Assembly: GCA_963726855.1 (NCBI GenBank)
Contig: CAVSEB010000014.1
Coordinates: forward strand, 2,668-66,667
DNA length: 64,000 nt
From: an uncultured Acidimicrobiaceae bacterium
GTDB taxonomy: Bacteria > Actinomycetota > Acidimicrobiia > Acidimicrobiales > RAAP-2
Reading direction: 5' to 3'
This document shows, piece after piece, positions 1 to 8,865 of the stretch. Positions within the stretch are counted from its first letter, which is position 1; each line of letters opens with the position of its first letter. The notes under the pieces were generated by a model. That model searched no databases, had not been told where the DNA came from, and saw nothing but the letters and a program-made list of their open reading frames with translations. Position numbers and translations under genes: made by a program.

Positions 1-171
1 GCAGTAGATCTCCCCGTTGGCGAACTCGCGCAGGTTTGCCTCACCCAGGTCGACCCCGAGATGCGCTGCGATGTCCTTGGCCAGTGCCGGGTGGGCGCGC
101 CCAGAGATCAGCTCCAGGCGACGCCGCGGGATCAACTCCACGGAGCCAACGCTAGTGCGCACCGGCCCCAC
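1..171 (-). CDS. prs: ribose-phosphate pyrophosphokinase, N-terminal part (gene runs off left edge)
   Basis: Reverse-strand translation reads ...RRLELISGRAHPALAKDIAAHLGVDLGEANLREFANGEIYC, a typical Prs N-terminus. It lies directly downstream of glmU, as in mycobacteria. GTG start at 171 or 162 is uncertain. Too short to appear in the ORF track. Confidence 0.8.
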   Translation of the reverse strand, partial: MGPVRTSVGSVELIPRRRLELISGRAHPALAKDIAAHLGVDLGEANLREFANGEIYC

Positions 172-198
172 CCGCTTCTGCCCGTCCGAACCCTCTGG

Positions 199-1299
199 TC
201 AGCCCTCGGGAGTCATGAGAGCCGAGTGCGGTGGCAGCGCCGCACCGGGCTCGACCTCTGCCCCGGGCTCGAGCACGCTGTAGGCACCGATGTCTGCCCC
301 GGCACCGATGACGGCCTGGGTGCACACGCTCTCGCGCACGACCGCACCCTCTCCGACCACCGTGTCGGTCAGCACCGCGTTGGGACCGATCTCAGCGCCT
401 GCGCCGATGGTGCAGGTACCCCGCAGGATCACCCCGGGCAGCAGGGAGACGTCCGCGTCGAGCCGGGCCTGGGCGTCGACGTAGGTCCGCTCGGGGTCCC
501 ACATGGTCACGCCCCGCCGCATCCAGCGCTCGTTGATGCGGTCGCGCAGCTCGGCCTCGGCCACGGCGAGCTGGGCCCGGTCGTTCACCCCGGCCGCTTC
601 CATGGAGTCGGGCAGGACAAGCGCCTTCACGCTGTAGCCGGCGCTGCTCAGCACGGCCACCGCATCAGTCAGGTAGTACTCCCCCTGGGCGTTGGCCGGG
701 CTGATCCGGCGCAGCGTGGGCGCCAGGATGGAGCGGCGGAAGCAGTAAATCGACGTGTTGACCTCGTCGATGATCTTCTCGTCCTCCGTGGCGTCGGCCT
801 CCTCGACCACCCGGACCACGTCGCCGTCCTTGCCGTGCACCACCCGGCCATACCCCGACGGGTTCTCGACCACCGCGGTGAGCATGGTCGCCCCGGCATC
901 CTCCAGCCGGTGGGCCCGCACCAGCGCCGCCAGCGTCTGGGGGCGCAGCAGCGGCGTGTCGCCCGGCAGGACGACCACGTCCTCCACCTCGTCGTCGTCG
1001 TCGGGCAGCCCGGTCAGGCCGACGGCCAGGGCGTCGCCCGTGCCCGACTGCGTCAGCTGCTCCACGAACTCGATCTCCATGGTCGGAGGGGCCAGCTGCA
1101 CCAACGTCTTGGTCACCCACTCGGCCCGGTGGCCCACCACCACGACGACCCGGTGCACGTCGATCTCGGCCATGGCGTCGAGGACGTGGAGGATCATCGG
1201 CCGGCCGCAGAGCTGGTGGAGCGGCTTGGGCCGCTCCGAGCGCATCCGCGTCCCCTCGCCGGCGGCCAGGACCACGGCGGAGAGGCGGCGCTCGGGCAT
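199..1299 (-). CDS. glmU: GlmU-like UDP-N-acetylglucosamine pyrophosphorylase with a short left-handed beta-helix tail (366 aa)
   Basis: C-terminal part of ORF 199..2385, starting at MPERRLSAVVLAAGEGTRMRS..PKPLH (nucleotidyltransferase G-loop). The C-terminus has hexapeptide repeats (VILRGTCTIGAGAEIGPNAVL...). The protein stops before the region that carries the acetyltransferase site in full-length GlmU. glmU-prs synteny supports the call. Confidence 0.8.
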   Translation of the reverse strand: MPERRLSAVVLAAGEGTRMRSERPKPLHQLCGRPMILHVLDAMAEIDVHRVVVVVGHRAEWVTKTLVQLAPPTMEIEFVEQLTQSGTGDALAVGLTGLPDDDDEVEDVVVLPGDTPLLRPQTLAALVRAHRLEDAGATMLTAVVENPSGYGRVVHGKDGDVVRVVEEADATEDEKIIDEVNTSIYCFRRSILAPTLRRISPANAQGEYYLTDAVAVLSSAGYSVKALVLPDSMEAAGVNDRAQLAVAEAELRDRINERWMRRGVTMWDPERTYVDAQARLDADVSLLPGVILRGTCTIGAGAEIGPNAVLTDTVVGEGAVVRESVCTQAVIGAGADIGAYSVLEPGAEVEPGAALPPHSALMTPEG

Positions 1300-1362
1300 C
1301 GCCGCATTCTTAGCCCGCCGGGCCGCGGGACGTGCGTATGGGAAACTCGTGTAGTGCCGGAG

Positions 1363-2269
1363 ATGATCCCCTACGACGAATTCGGCCTCTTCCACGAGAA
1401 TGCGGCCGAGTACGGGTTGCCCTACCCGGGCCCACCCGACGTGCGCCGGGTCGACGTCGAGGTCGAGCCCGGACGCACCGTGTCCAGCCTGCTCTGGGGA
1501 GCCGACACCGGGCCGCCCGAGCTGGTGCTGGTCCACGGGGGGGCGCAGAACGCCCACACCTGGGACACCGTCGCCCTGGCCCTGGGCCGACCCCTGCTCG
1601 CCCCCGACCTGCCCGGGCACGGTCACTCCGACGGCGGCCCCGATGGCCTCGTCTCGGCCGGCAGCAACGGGCGTGACCTGGCCACCGTCGTGCGGCAGCT
1701 GGCGCCCGAGGCCGGCGGGGTGGTGGGGATGTCCCTCGGCGGCATGTCCTCGATCGCGCTGGCGGCCGACGCCCCCGAACTCGTGCGCGCGCTGGTACTG
1801 GTCGACATCACCCCGGGCGTCAACGCCGAGAAGGCCGCCCCCGTGACGAACTTCGTCAACGGGCCGGCCAGCTTCGACAGCTTCGACGAGCTGCTGGCCC
1901 GCACCGTTGAGCACAATCCCGGCCGTTCGGAGTCCTCCCTGCGGCGCGGCATCCTGCACAACGCCGTGCAACGCGAGGACGGGAGCTGGGTCTGGCGCTA
2001 CGCCCGCTTCCGGGCGGGGGACGGCGAAACCCAGCACCCCGACTTCGGCGACTGGTGGGCTGCTATTTCCGACCTCGCGGTGCCGGTCATGCTCGTCCAA
2101 GGGCTGGCCTGGTCCGTGGTCGACGACGCCGACATCGCCGAGCTGCGCCGGCGCCAGCCGTCTGTCGCGCGTCGAGGGCGTGGCGGGCGCCGGGCACAGC
2201 ATCCAGGGCGACCGCCCGCTCGAGCTGGCCGCGCTGATCGAGGACTTCCTCTTCTCCGGCGGGGCCTGA
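1363..2269 (+). CDS. alpha/beta-fold hydrolase, frame-broken as sequenced
   Basis: Starts MIPYDEF..VLVHGGAQNAHTW and has a GMSLGG nucleophile elbow. The conserved C-terminus RVEGVAGAGHSIQGDRPLELAALIEDFL lies in another frame (ORF 1907..2269), so there is a frame break near 2160-2172. Confidence 0.75.
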
Positions 2270-2326
2270 TGGACACGAAGGTCTGGTTCTCTCCGCGCCC
2301 TCAAGCTCCATGCGGTCATCCTCGTC

Positions 2327-2662
2327 GTGGTGCCCGCCTTCTTGGCCCTGTGCTTCTGGCAGATCGACCGGGCCGCCAGCGGCAACGAGCTCAGTTGGGC
2401 CTACGTGTTCGAGTGGCCCTTCTTCGCGGCCTACGCCATCTACATGTGGTGGCGCCTCCTCCATGCCGTGCCTGACGGCACGGCACCGCCCGCCACCGCC
2501 CAGGCTGCCTCTGGCGGTGGGACCCAGCCCGGGACCGAATCCGATGGGACCGCGGGAGCCCCAGCCGAGACGCCGCAGGAGAAGCAGGAGGACGCAGAAC
2601 TGGCCGCCTACAACGACTACCTGGCGCAACTGGCCGAGAAGGATCGGGCCAGCGGACGCTGA
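2327..2662 (+). CDS. small membrane protein with Pro/Ala/acidic tail
   Basis: ORF 2327..2662 has hydrophobic segments VVPAFLALCFWQIDRA and FEWPFFAAYAIYMWW. The start is uncertain: the ATG at 2269 is in a different frame. Confidence 0.5.
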   Translation: MVPAFLALCFWQIDRAASGNELSWAYVFEWPFFAAYAIYMWWRLLHAVPDGTAPPATAQAASGGGTQPGTESDGTAGAPAETPQEKQEDAELAAYNDYLAQLAEKDRASGR

Positions 2663-2664
2663 GG

Positions 2665-2737
2665 CTCCGGGGGGAGGGCTCGAACCTCCAACATCCGGCT
2701 CCAAAGGCCGACGTTCTGCCGATTGAACTACCCCGGA
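2665..2737 (-). tRNA. tRNA-Gln (anticodon TTG)
   Basis: Hand-folded 73-nt cloverleaf. Acceptor TCCGGGG/CCCCGGA with the U1:A72 pair typical of tRNA-Gln. D arm GTTC-AATCGGCA-GAAC. Anticodon loop CTTTGGA. T arm GGAGG-TTCGAGC-CCTCC. Discriminator G. No encoded CCA. Confidence 0.9.
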
Positions 2738-2820
2738 TAGATCGACCAGGTGGTCGCCGACTAGAGGTTAGACAGCGACCCCGCCCCTCGACGACCAGGG
2801 CGCGGCGGTAGGTTCTCGGC

Positions 2821-3492
2821 GTGCGCATCCTGGTGGTCGACGACGATCAGGCGGTGCGGCGGTCCATCGACCGTGCGCTGCGCCTGGAGGGCTACGACGT
2901 GGTCACCGTGCCGACGGGTGGCGAGGCGCTCGAGTCGTTGGCCCAGGCGCCGCCCGACGCCCTCATCCTCGACCTCGGGCTGCCCGATATCGACGGCCTC
3001 ACCGTCTGTCGCCGCATGCGCAGCGCCGGCGACGACACTCCCGTGCTCATCCTGACCGCCCGCGACGCCATCGACGACCGGGTGCAGGGGCTCGACGCCG
3101 GTGCCGACGACTATCTGGTCAAGCCCTTCGCCCTGGCCGAGCTGCTGGCCCGCCTGCGCGCGCTCCTGCGTCGGCGCTTCGAGGGAGAGGGCGGACTCAT
3201 CCGGGTCGGTGACCTGGTGCTCAACCTCTCCACCCGGGAGGGCCAGCGCGGTGACCGCGGCTTCACCCTCACCCGCATTGAGTTCGACCTGCTCGAGATG
3301 TTCCTGCGCCACCCCCGCCAGGTCCTCACTCGCGAGGTCCTGTTGAACCGGGTGTGGGGCTTCGACTTCGACTCGGGCACCAACTCCCTGGCGGTCTACG
3401 TCGGGTATCTGCGCCGCAAGCTCGAAGAGGGCGGCGAGCCTCGGTGCATCCAGACCGTGCGCGGCGTGGGCTACGTGCTGCGGGAGACATGA
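2821..3492 (+). CDS. OmpR-family response regulator (MprA/MtrA-like)
   Basis: Receiver domain MRILVVDDD...[12 protein letters not shown]...KPF, followed by a winged-helix output domain ([11 protein letters not shown]). ATGA overlap with the downstream kinase gene. Confidence 0.9.
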   Translation: MRILVVDDDQAVRRSIDRALRLEGYDVVTVPTGGEALESLAQAPPDALILDLGLPDIDGLTVCRRMRSAGDDTPVLILTARDAIDDRVQGLDAGADDYLVKPFALAELLARLRALLRRRFEGEGGLIRVGDLVLNLSTREGQRGDRGFTLTRIEFDLLEMFLRHPRQVLTREVLLNRVWGFDFDSGTNSLAVYVGYLRRKLEEGGEPRCIQTVRGVGYVLRET

Positions 3493-4835
3493 CCTTTCGT
3501 AGCCGCCTCGTCCTCGCCACGACGGCCGCGGTGGTGGTGGCGGTGGTGGCTTCGTGCAGCGCAGCCTTTGTCGTCGCCCGCAACACGCTCCTCAACGCGG
3601 CGGACAACTCGCTCACCACGGCAGCCCAGAAGATCGTCGCCGGCCAAGAGATCGGGTCGACCACGGCCACCTTGGGCCAGGTCATCGACGCCGGTGGTGC
3701 CGTGGTGTCGGGCGGGGGTTTGCCCGTGACCGGCCAGGTGCGCCTGGTGTCGGTCGGGCTGGCACCGCCCTTCTTCACCACCGTCAATGTCGACGGGAAC
3801 GAGATGCGCGAGTTTGTCGAGCATCTACCGGTGAACACCCCGGTGCAGTCGGGCTCCCTGGTCGACGGCGGGGCACTCCAGATTGCCACGCTGCTCAATG
3901 CGGGATCGGAGCTGAAGAAGCTGGCCCTCTTCCTGGGCGCGGTCGCCGTCAGCGGCGTCGTCCTGGCGGTGGTGCTGGGTTATCTGGTGGCCCGGACCGC
4001 ACTCGTGCCCTTGAATTCGCTCACGGACACGGTGGAGGACCTGGCCGAGACCACCGACGTCTCCCGGCGCCTCTCGCCGGGCGGGTCCGACGAACTCGGC
4101 CGCCTGCGCCGGACCTTCAACCGGCTGCTCGAGGCGCTCGAGTCGTCCCGCCGCGCCCAGAGTCGGCTCGTGCTGGACGCTTCCCACGAGCTGCGCACCC
4201 CGCTGACCTCGCTCCGCACCAATCTCGAGGTGATCCGCCGCGTCGACGAGCTGAGCGACGAGGACCGCTCGGTCCTCGTCGACGACGTTCTGGTTCAGCT
4301 CCAGGAGCTGACTGACATCGTCGGTGACCTGGCCGAGTTGGCCCGGGGCGACCAGACTCCCTCTCCGGCCGAGCCACTCCGCTTGGACCTGTTGGTCGGC
4401 GACGCCGTCGTGGTCGCCAACACGCACGGGCGGGCGGACGACGTGTCCTTCGAGTTCGAGGCCGAGCCGTGCTGGGTCGACGCCCACGCCGACCGCCTTG
4501 CGCGTGCCGTCGGCAACCTGCTCGACAACGCCCGCAAGTGGAGCCCACCCGGCCTTCCTGTCCATGTCGAGTGTGCCAACGGCACCGTCGTCGTGCGCGA
4601 CCACGGCCCTGGCATCGCCGAGGACGACCTGCCGCGGATCTTCGACCGCTTCTATCGCTCGCCGGCGGCGCGTGGCTTGCCAGGGTCGGGTCTCGGTCTG
4701 GCCATCGTGGCCCAGGTGGTCAAGGCGGAAGGGGGCACCGTCACGGCGGAGAACGACCCGGCAGGCGGGGCACGCATGACCATGCGTCTTCCCACCGTGC
4801 CCGCCCCGGCAGAGGCCGAGCTTCCTCTGGCCTGA
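3489..4835 (+). CDS. sensor histidine kinase (TM-sensor-HAMP-HisKA-HATPase)
   Basis: [20 protein letters not shown] signal-anchor. H-box [12 protein letters not shown]-box DNARKW. G-boxes DHGPGI and GSGLGLAI. In frame within ORF 3354..4835. Confidence 0.9.
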   Translation: MTFRSRLVLATTAAVVVAVVASCSAAFVVARNTLLNAADNSLTTAAQKIVAGQEIGSTTATLGQVIDAGGAVVSGGGLPVTGQVRLVSVGLAPPFFTTVNVDGNEMREFVEHLPVNTPVQSGSLVDGGALQIATLLNAGSELKKLALFLGAVAVSGVVLAVVLGYLVARTALVPLNSLTDTVEDLAETTDVSRRLSPGGSDELGRLRRTFNRLLEALESSRRAQSRLVLDASHELRTPLTSLRTNLEVIRRVDELSDEDRSVLVDDVLVQLQELTDIVGDLAELARGDQTPSPAEPLRLDLLVGDAVVVANTHGRADDVSFEFEAEPCWVDAHADRLARAVGNLLDNARKWSPPGLPVHVECANGTVVVRDHGPGIAEDDLPRIFDRFYRSPAARGLPGSGLGLAIVAQVVKAEGGTVTAENDPAGGARMTMRLPTVPAPAEAELPLA

Positions 4836-4915
4836 GCCCGCGTGGACCCTCACGATTTTCTTACGCATTCCCAACCTGACCCACAGACGAGCGGAGCACA
4901 CTGAGGGAAGTAACC

Positions 4916-4992
4916 CCCGGTGGCCCTCTGAGTCCGCAACTCGGCCACCGGTTGTGCCGACGAGGGCGGCCCGCCTCCGCCCTCGTCGGCAC
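4916..4992. terminator. two GC-rich hairpins between convergent genes
   Basis: CCGGTGGCC-17 nt-GGCCACCGG (4916-4950). Perfect 16-bp inverted repeat GTGCCGACGAGGGCGG...CCGCCCTCGTCGGCAC (4954-4992). No U-tract, as is common in actinobacteria. Confidence 0.6.
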
Positions 4993-5022
4993 CTCCCCCC
5001 CTTCAGCCGGGACGGCCCGCGC

Positions 5023-5403
5023 TCACTGGTCCTCGGTGCCGGCGGCCATGAACTCGAGGCGGTTGCCGAAAGGGTCGTCGGCATAGGTCCCGGTGCCCGC
5101 CGGCCGGTCGCTGTTGGGCCGGACCTCCACGCCGGCTGCCCGCAACGCCACCTCCAGCGCGGCCAGGTCGTCGACCACCAGCGCCGGGTGGGCCTTGCGA
5201 GCGGGACGAAAGTCCTCCTCCACGCCCAGATGCAGCGCCACGGGTCCCCGGGCGAACCAGCAACCGCCACGGGCGGCGAGCGCCGGGGGTTTGCGCAGGC
5301 GTTCGAATCCGAGCACGCCGGAATAGAAGGACTCGGCTTCCTCCTCCCGACCAGGGGGCATGGCCAGCTGCACGTGGTCCAGACGCACGATCTCGAACGT
5401 CAC
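5023..5403 (-). CDS. VOC/glyoxalase-family protein
   Basis: VTFEIVRLDHVQLAMPPGREEEAESFYSGVLGF...HPALVVDD...DPFGNRLEF pattern. The GTG at 5403 is preferred over the longer ORF start at 5466. Confidence 0.75.
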   Translation of the reverse strand: MTFEIVRLDHVQLAMPPGREEEAESFYSGVLGFERLRKPPALAARGGCWFARGPVALHLGVEEDFRPARKAHPALVVDDLAALEVALRAAGVEVRPNSDRPAGTGTYADDPFGNRLEFMAAGTEDQ

Positions 5404-5469
5404 GGCGACCTCCTGAAAGCCGGGGCGATCTGGCCGTGAGGCTCGTGGACCGCTAGCCTGCCGCACGTC

Positions 5470-5568
5470 ATGGGATCACTGATCAAGAAGCGCCGCAAGC
5501 GGATGCGCAAGAAGAAGCACAAGAAGATGCTGAAGGCCACCCGCTGGCAGCGCCGGGCCGGCAAGTAG
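5470..5568 (+). CDS. 30S ribosomal protein bS22 (actinobacterial 32-aa basic protein)
   Basis: ATG..TAG encodes MGSLIKKRRKRMRKKKHKKMLKATRWQRRAGK. This closely resembles mycobacterial bS22 (MGSVIKKRRKRM.KKKH..). Below the ORF-track size cutoff. Confidence 0.85.
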   Translation: MGSLIKKRRKRMRKKKHKKMLKATRWQRRAGK

Positions 5569-5595
5569 TCCCGCCCGCCTTCTCGGTACGTTCCC

Positions 5596-6365
5596 TCAAG
5601 CTCCGGGCCACCCCGCCGGCACCGTGCGGGCCCGCACGAGCCGGCCCGTGGCACCCCCGACCTCGAGCAACGGTTGATCCTCGGTGCCCGCGGCAGGCGG
5701 ACCACCCTCGACGAACCAGGTCGATCCGCTTCCGGCCAGTGTCGGCACCTGACCCGAGAGGTCGCCCAGCGCGTCCCGCCAGGCGGCGAGCCGCGGCTCG
5801 ACGGCCAGCGCCGCCGCCGTGAGGGCGTTGACGCCTTCCTCCCGTCGGCCACGGTCCCAAGCCCGGAAGACCGACGCCGTGTCCACTCCGAACGGCGGCA
5901 GGAGCAGCAGGTAGTGGCGATCCACGTATGCGAGCGGCGTCACCCGCTCGCCGATGCCCTCCACCCGAGCCCGGCCTCCGACCAGGCAGAACGGCACATC
6001 GGCGCCGATCGAGGCCGCGAGTGCCAGATCGCCACAACCAGCCCAGCGAAGGATGGCACCGGCATCGGCCGAGCCGCCGCCCAGGCCGCCACCCAGCGGG
6101 ATCCGCTTTTCGAGGAGGACACCGGCTTGCCGCCCGCAGGCGGCCAGGGCCGAGGTGACCAGGTTGTTCGAGGCCACCGGGAGGTCGGAGGCCCGGTCCC
6201 CGGGGAGGCCTGCACGACGAGGCCCGAACCTGCCTCGTCGACCTCGAGCACATCGGCCAGGTCGAGCGTCACCATCTCGGCGTCGAGTTCGTGGTAGCCG
6301 TCGGCCCGCACGCCCGTGACCAGGAGCGAGACGGTGAGCTTGGCCGGCGCCACGAGTGTCGTCAT
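5596..6365 (-). CDS. ispE: 4-diphosphocytidyl-2-C-methyl-D-erythritol kinase, frame-broken as sequenced
   Basis: The N-terminus MTTLVAPAKLTVSLLVTGVRADGYHELD is in ORF 5940..6365. The rest (DLPVASNNLV...IPLGGGLGGGSADAGA...LAGSGSTWF) is in ORF 5596..6774. The frame break sits at the C/G run at 6197-6205. Lies downstream of rsmA, as in mycobacteria. Confidence 0.85.
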
Positions 6366-7182
6366 GAGGCCGCCAGCCTGCCCCAGGCCTCCACGTCGAG
6401 TTCCTCGGCCCGGGCGTCGGGGCGCACCCCGGCACGCTCGAAGGCCTCGGGCTCCACGACCCCGGCCAGCGAACGGCGCAGCATCTTGCGTCGTTGGGCG
6501 AAACCCGCCCGCACCACCTGGGCCAGCCGGTCATAGGACACCAGGGCCGGGTCCACCGCCGGTGTCGGCCGCCGGTCGAGTCGCACCAGGACCGACTCCA
6601 CCCGTGGCCGCGGCACGAAGACCGTGGCAGGCACCCGCCCGACCACATGGGCTCGGGCAAAGTAGGCAATGCGCACCGAGACGGACCCGTAGGCGCCCTG
6701 GCCCGGCTCGGCCGCCATCCGCTCCCCCACCTCCCGTTGCACCATGACGAGCAGGTGGGCCACCGCCGGCACATCGGTGAGGGTCCGCATCACCAGCGGG
6801 GTGGCCACGTTGTAGGGCAGGTTGGACACCAGGCTCCAGGGCCCGGGGTCCCTCTCGGCCAGGAGCCCGGCCAGATCGAGGCGCAGGGCGTCCCCCTCGA
6901 CGACTTCCACGCCGGCCGGCTCGACCACCGAGCGCAGCACCGGGAGCACGTGGCGATCCGTCTCGACGGCCACGACGTTGGCACCGGTCTCGACCAGCGC
7001 CAACGTCAGCGAGCCCAGACCGGCCCCGATCTCGAGGACGTTGGTCCCGATCCCGGCACCCGAGAGCGCGCGATCCGCCGGACCGTGTTCGGATCGGCCA
7101 CGAAGTTCTGCCCGAGGGCCTTACTCGGGTGGATCCCGTGCGCCGACAGCAGTTGGGCGATGTCGGCGCCGGAATGGGTCAC
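6362..7182 (-). CDS. rsmA: 16S rRNA (adenine1518/1519-N6)-dimethyltransferase, frame-broken as sequenced
   Basis: N-terminus ...HGIHPSKALGQNFVADPNTVRRIA is in ORF 7006..7398. It continues as VLEIGAGLGSLTLALVETGANVVAVE...SNLPYNV in ORF 6362..7003. Break near 7062-7072. GTGA overlap with the upstream gene. Confidence 0.85.
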
Positions 7183-7847
7183 CAGGAGATTGTGACCTGA
7201 ACCACTCCCTGACCCAGTGACGCGATCTGCTGGAAGCCGGCGGGCGACATGTCGACCACCCGCGGGTAACCGGCGTCCTCGCGGTCGTCCACCGTGCACG
7301 AGGTCGACGCGCCGGTTGCGTTGTTCGTCACCGTCAACACCGTTCCGAACGGAAGCGTCGGACTGGCGCAGTAGCCGGCCGGCGCCTCCGAGTACCACGT
7401 CGCTTGGCCCACTTCTGAGTTCGTCGGCCGCGGCTGCGTCGTGGTGGTCGTAGTTGGAGGCGGCGGTGGCGGCAACGTCGTCGTCGTGGTCGGCGGGACC
7501 GGTGCGCTCGTTGTCGTCGTCGGAGCCGGCGTCGTTGTGGTGGTGGTGGTCGGCGCGACCGTGGTGGTCGTTGTCGACGCCGTTGCGTGTTGGTAGGCCA
7601 CGAGATGCGATTTCAAGTCCACACCGTCGAGGTGCGTGGCCGGGGACACCCTGTGCATCGAGTGCACGACAGGTGCCGCCGTCCGCACGCGTGAAGCGTC
7701 GGCCGTCTCGTTATGTAGCAAGAGGAGAGGCAGTCCGAACAACACGCCGCACAGGACAGCTGCGACGCCGAGACGCCTCCCCCCGGTGCTCTGGTTCCGC
7801 AGGGCTCCACCCTTCTCCGGCGACACAGTGCACCCGCGCCGACTCAC
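7179..7847 (-). CDS. secreted RlpA-like double-psi beta-barrel protein with Thr/Pro-rich linker
   Basis: Signal-anchor RRLGVAAVLCGVLFGLPLLLL, then a T/P-rich linker. The C-terminus GQATWYSE..GYCASPTLPFGTVLTVTN..TSCTVDDREDAGYPRVVDMSPAGF matches the DPBB/RlpA pattern. It occupies the position held by rpfB in Mycobacterium. Confidence 0.8.
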   Translation of the reverse strand: MSRRGCTVSPEKGGALRNQSTGGRRLGVAAVLCGVLFGLPLLLLHNETADASRVRTAAPVVHSMHRVSPATHLDGVDLKSHLVAYQHATASTTTTTVAPTTTTTTTPAPTTTTSAPVPPTTTTTLPPPPPPTTTTTTQPRPTNSEVGQATWYSEAPAGYCASPTLPFGTVLTVTNNATGASTSCTVDDREDAGYPRVVDMSPAGFQQIASLGQGVVQVTISW

Positions 7848-8058
7848 GGGGGCGGGGGGTTTCGGGAGAACTAGGAGACTCTCCTACCCTGCGCAAATCC
7901 GAAATGGGGGAGGACGTTTTAATGTTTTATTTCCGCAGGTCAGGTGCGAGAAGTAACGCGATATTTATATGAAATACCTGGTCATCAGCCAGTTTTAGCC
8001 GATCTGAGACCTAAACATGCAGGTCACGAGGTTCTCGAATTTGCCGAACAGGGTGTGA
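7848..8058 (-). promoter_or_regulatory. AT-rich intergenic leader/promoter region upstream of the RlpA-like gene
   Basis: About 210 bp. It contains the most AT-rich stretch of the core region (7905-7990: ttttaatgttttatttcc...atatttatatgaaatacc). Confidence 0.4.
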
Positions 8059-8865
8059 TTAGGAACCTGTGGAAAACGCGAATGCGGCCGCGGCAGCCGA
8101 CCGTTCCATCACCACATGCGGGGTGCAACCCTTCACCGCGGCAATCGCTTCGCCGACGTAGGGGAGGTACGAGGGCTCGTTGGTTTGGCCCCGGTGCGGT
8201 ACCGGTGCGAGGAACGGACTGTCCGTCTCCACGAGCAGTCGGTCGAGCGGGCACCGCGCCGCGGCGGCGCGAACGTCAGCCGCGTTCTTGAACGTGACGA
8301 TGCCGCTGAACGACACGAACATGCCCGCTGCAAGACAGCGTTCGACCTCGTCGACACCTCCCGTGAAGCAGTGCAACACAGTGCGAGTCGGCACGCCTTC
8401 CGCGGCGAGCACGTCGAAGAGATCCGCCCACGCGTCGCGCGCATGGATCACGAGCGTCAGATCGTGATCGTGAGCCAGTGCGATCTGCGCGGCGAATGCC
8501 GCGCGTTGCGCGTCACGCGGGGAATGCTCGTAGTAGTAATCCAAACCGCACTCGCCGACCGCGACGACCGCACCGTCGCCGACGGCGAGCTCGCGCTCGA
8601 GCAGTGCCGCCACCTCGTCCACCCCCTCGGCAGCTTCGTGGGGATGCAGCCCGATCGAGGCCCACGCCCGCGGGGCCTCGCCGCTGGCGCTCGCCCGGGC
8701 CACGGCCACGGCCTGGGCGGAGGTCGTCACCCCCGTGCCGATGCAGATCAGCCGTTCGACCCCCGCAGCCCGGGCCCGATCCAGGACGGGGTCGAGTTCG
8801 CCGTCGTCCTCGCCTTCTCGGAACTCCTCCTGCACGTGGCAGTGCGAGTCGAACCAAGCCGCCAT
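8059..8865 (-). CDS. tatD: TatD-family metal-dependent hydrolase
   Basis: MAAWFDSHCHVQ... and conserved His/Asp/Glu positions (LVIHARDA, VLHCFTG, LLVETDSPFL). ATGA overlap with the metG stop. Confidence 0.9.
   Translation of the reverse strand: MAAWFDSHCHVQEEFREGEDDGELDPVLDRARAAGVERLICIGTGVTTSAQAVAVARASASGEAPRAWASIGLHPHEAAEGVDEVAALLERELAVGDGAVVAVGECGLDYYYEHSPRDAQRAAFAAQIALAHDHDLTLVIHARDAWADLFDVLAAEGVPTRTVLHCFTGGVDEVERCLAAGMFVSFSGIVTFKNAADVRAAAARCPLDRLLVETDSPFLAPVPHRGQTNEPSYLPYVGEAIAAVKGCTPHVVMERSAAAAAFAFSTGS

Noticed and set aside
61-2475. Very long ORFs such as 61..2475(+), 3825..5270(-), 12768..13748(-), 15306..16553(+), 22710..24161(+), 25325..26887(+), 59108..60547(+) and 61884..63881(+).
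   Set aside because: Their translations are Arg/Pro/Gly/Ala-rich with no recognisable motifs. They lie antisense to, or out of frame with, genes that have clear family signatures. These are the shadow ORFs typical of high-GC DNA.
7440-7560. Low-complexity acc/ccg repeats here and at 52620-52740, considered as possible dispersed repeats.
   Set aside because: They encode Thr/Pro-rich linkers of two different secreted or anchored proteins. The similarity is compositional and not a shared repeat element.
7848-8058. c-di-AMP (ydaO) riboswitch upstream of the RlpA-like cell-wall gene.
   Set aside because: The context is right. However, the conserved blocks I know (GGGGGACCCA, GGGGUGAAUC, CCCGAAnCCGnCAGCUAACCUCGUAAGCG) are absent. 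Only a loose AGGGTAGG...CCCGAAACC resemblance exists. A covariance-model search is needed to settle it.
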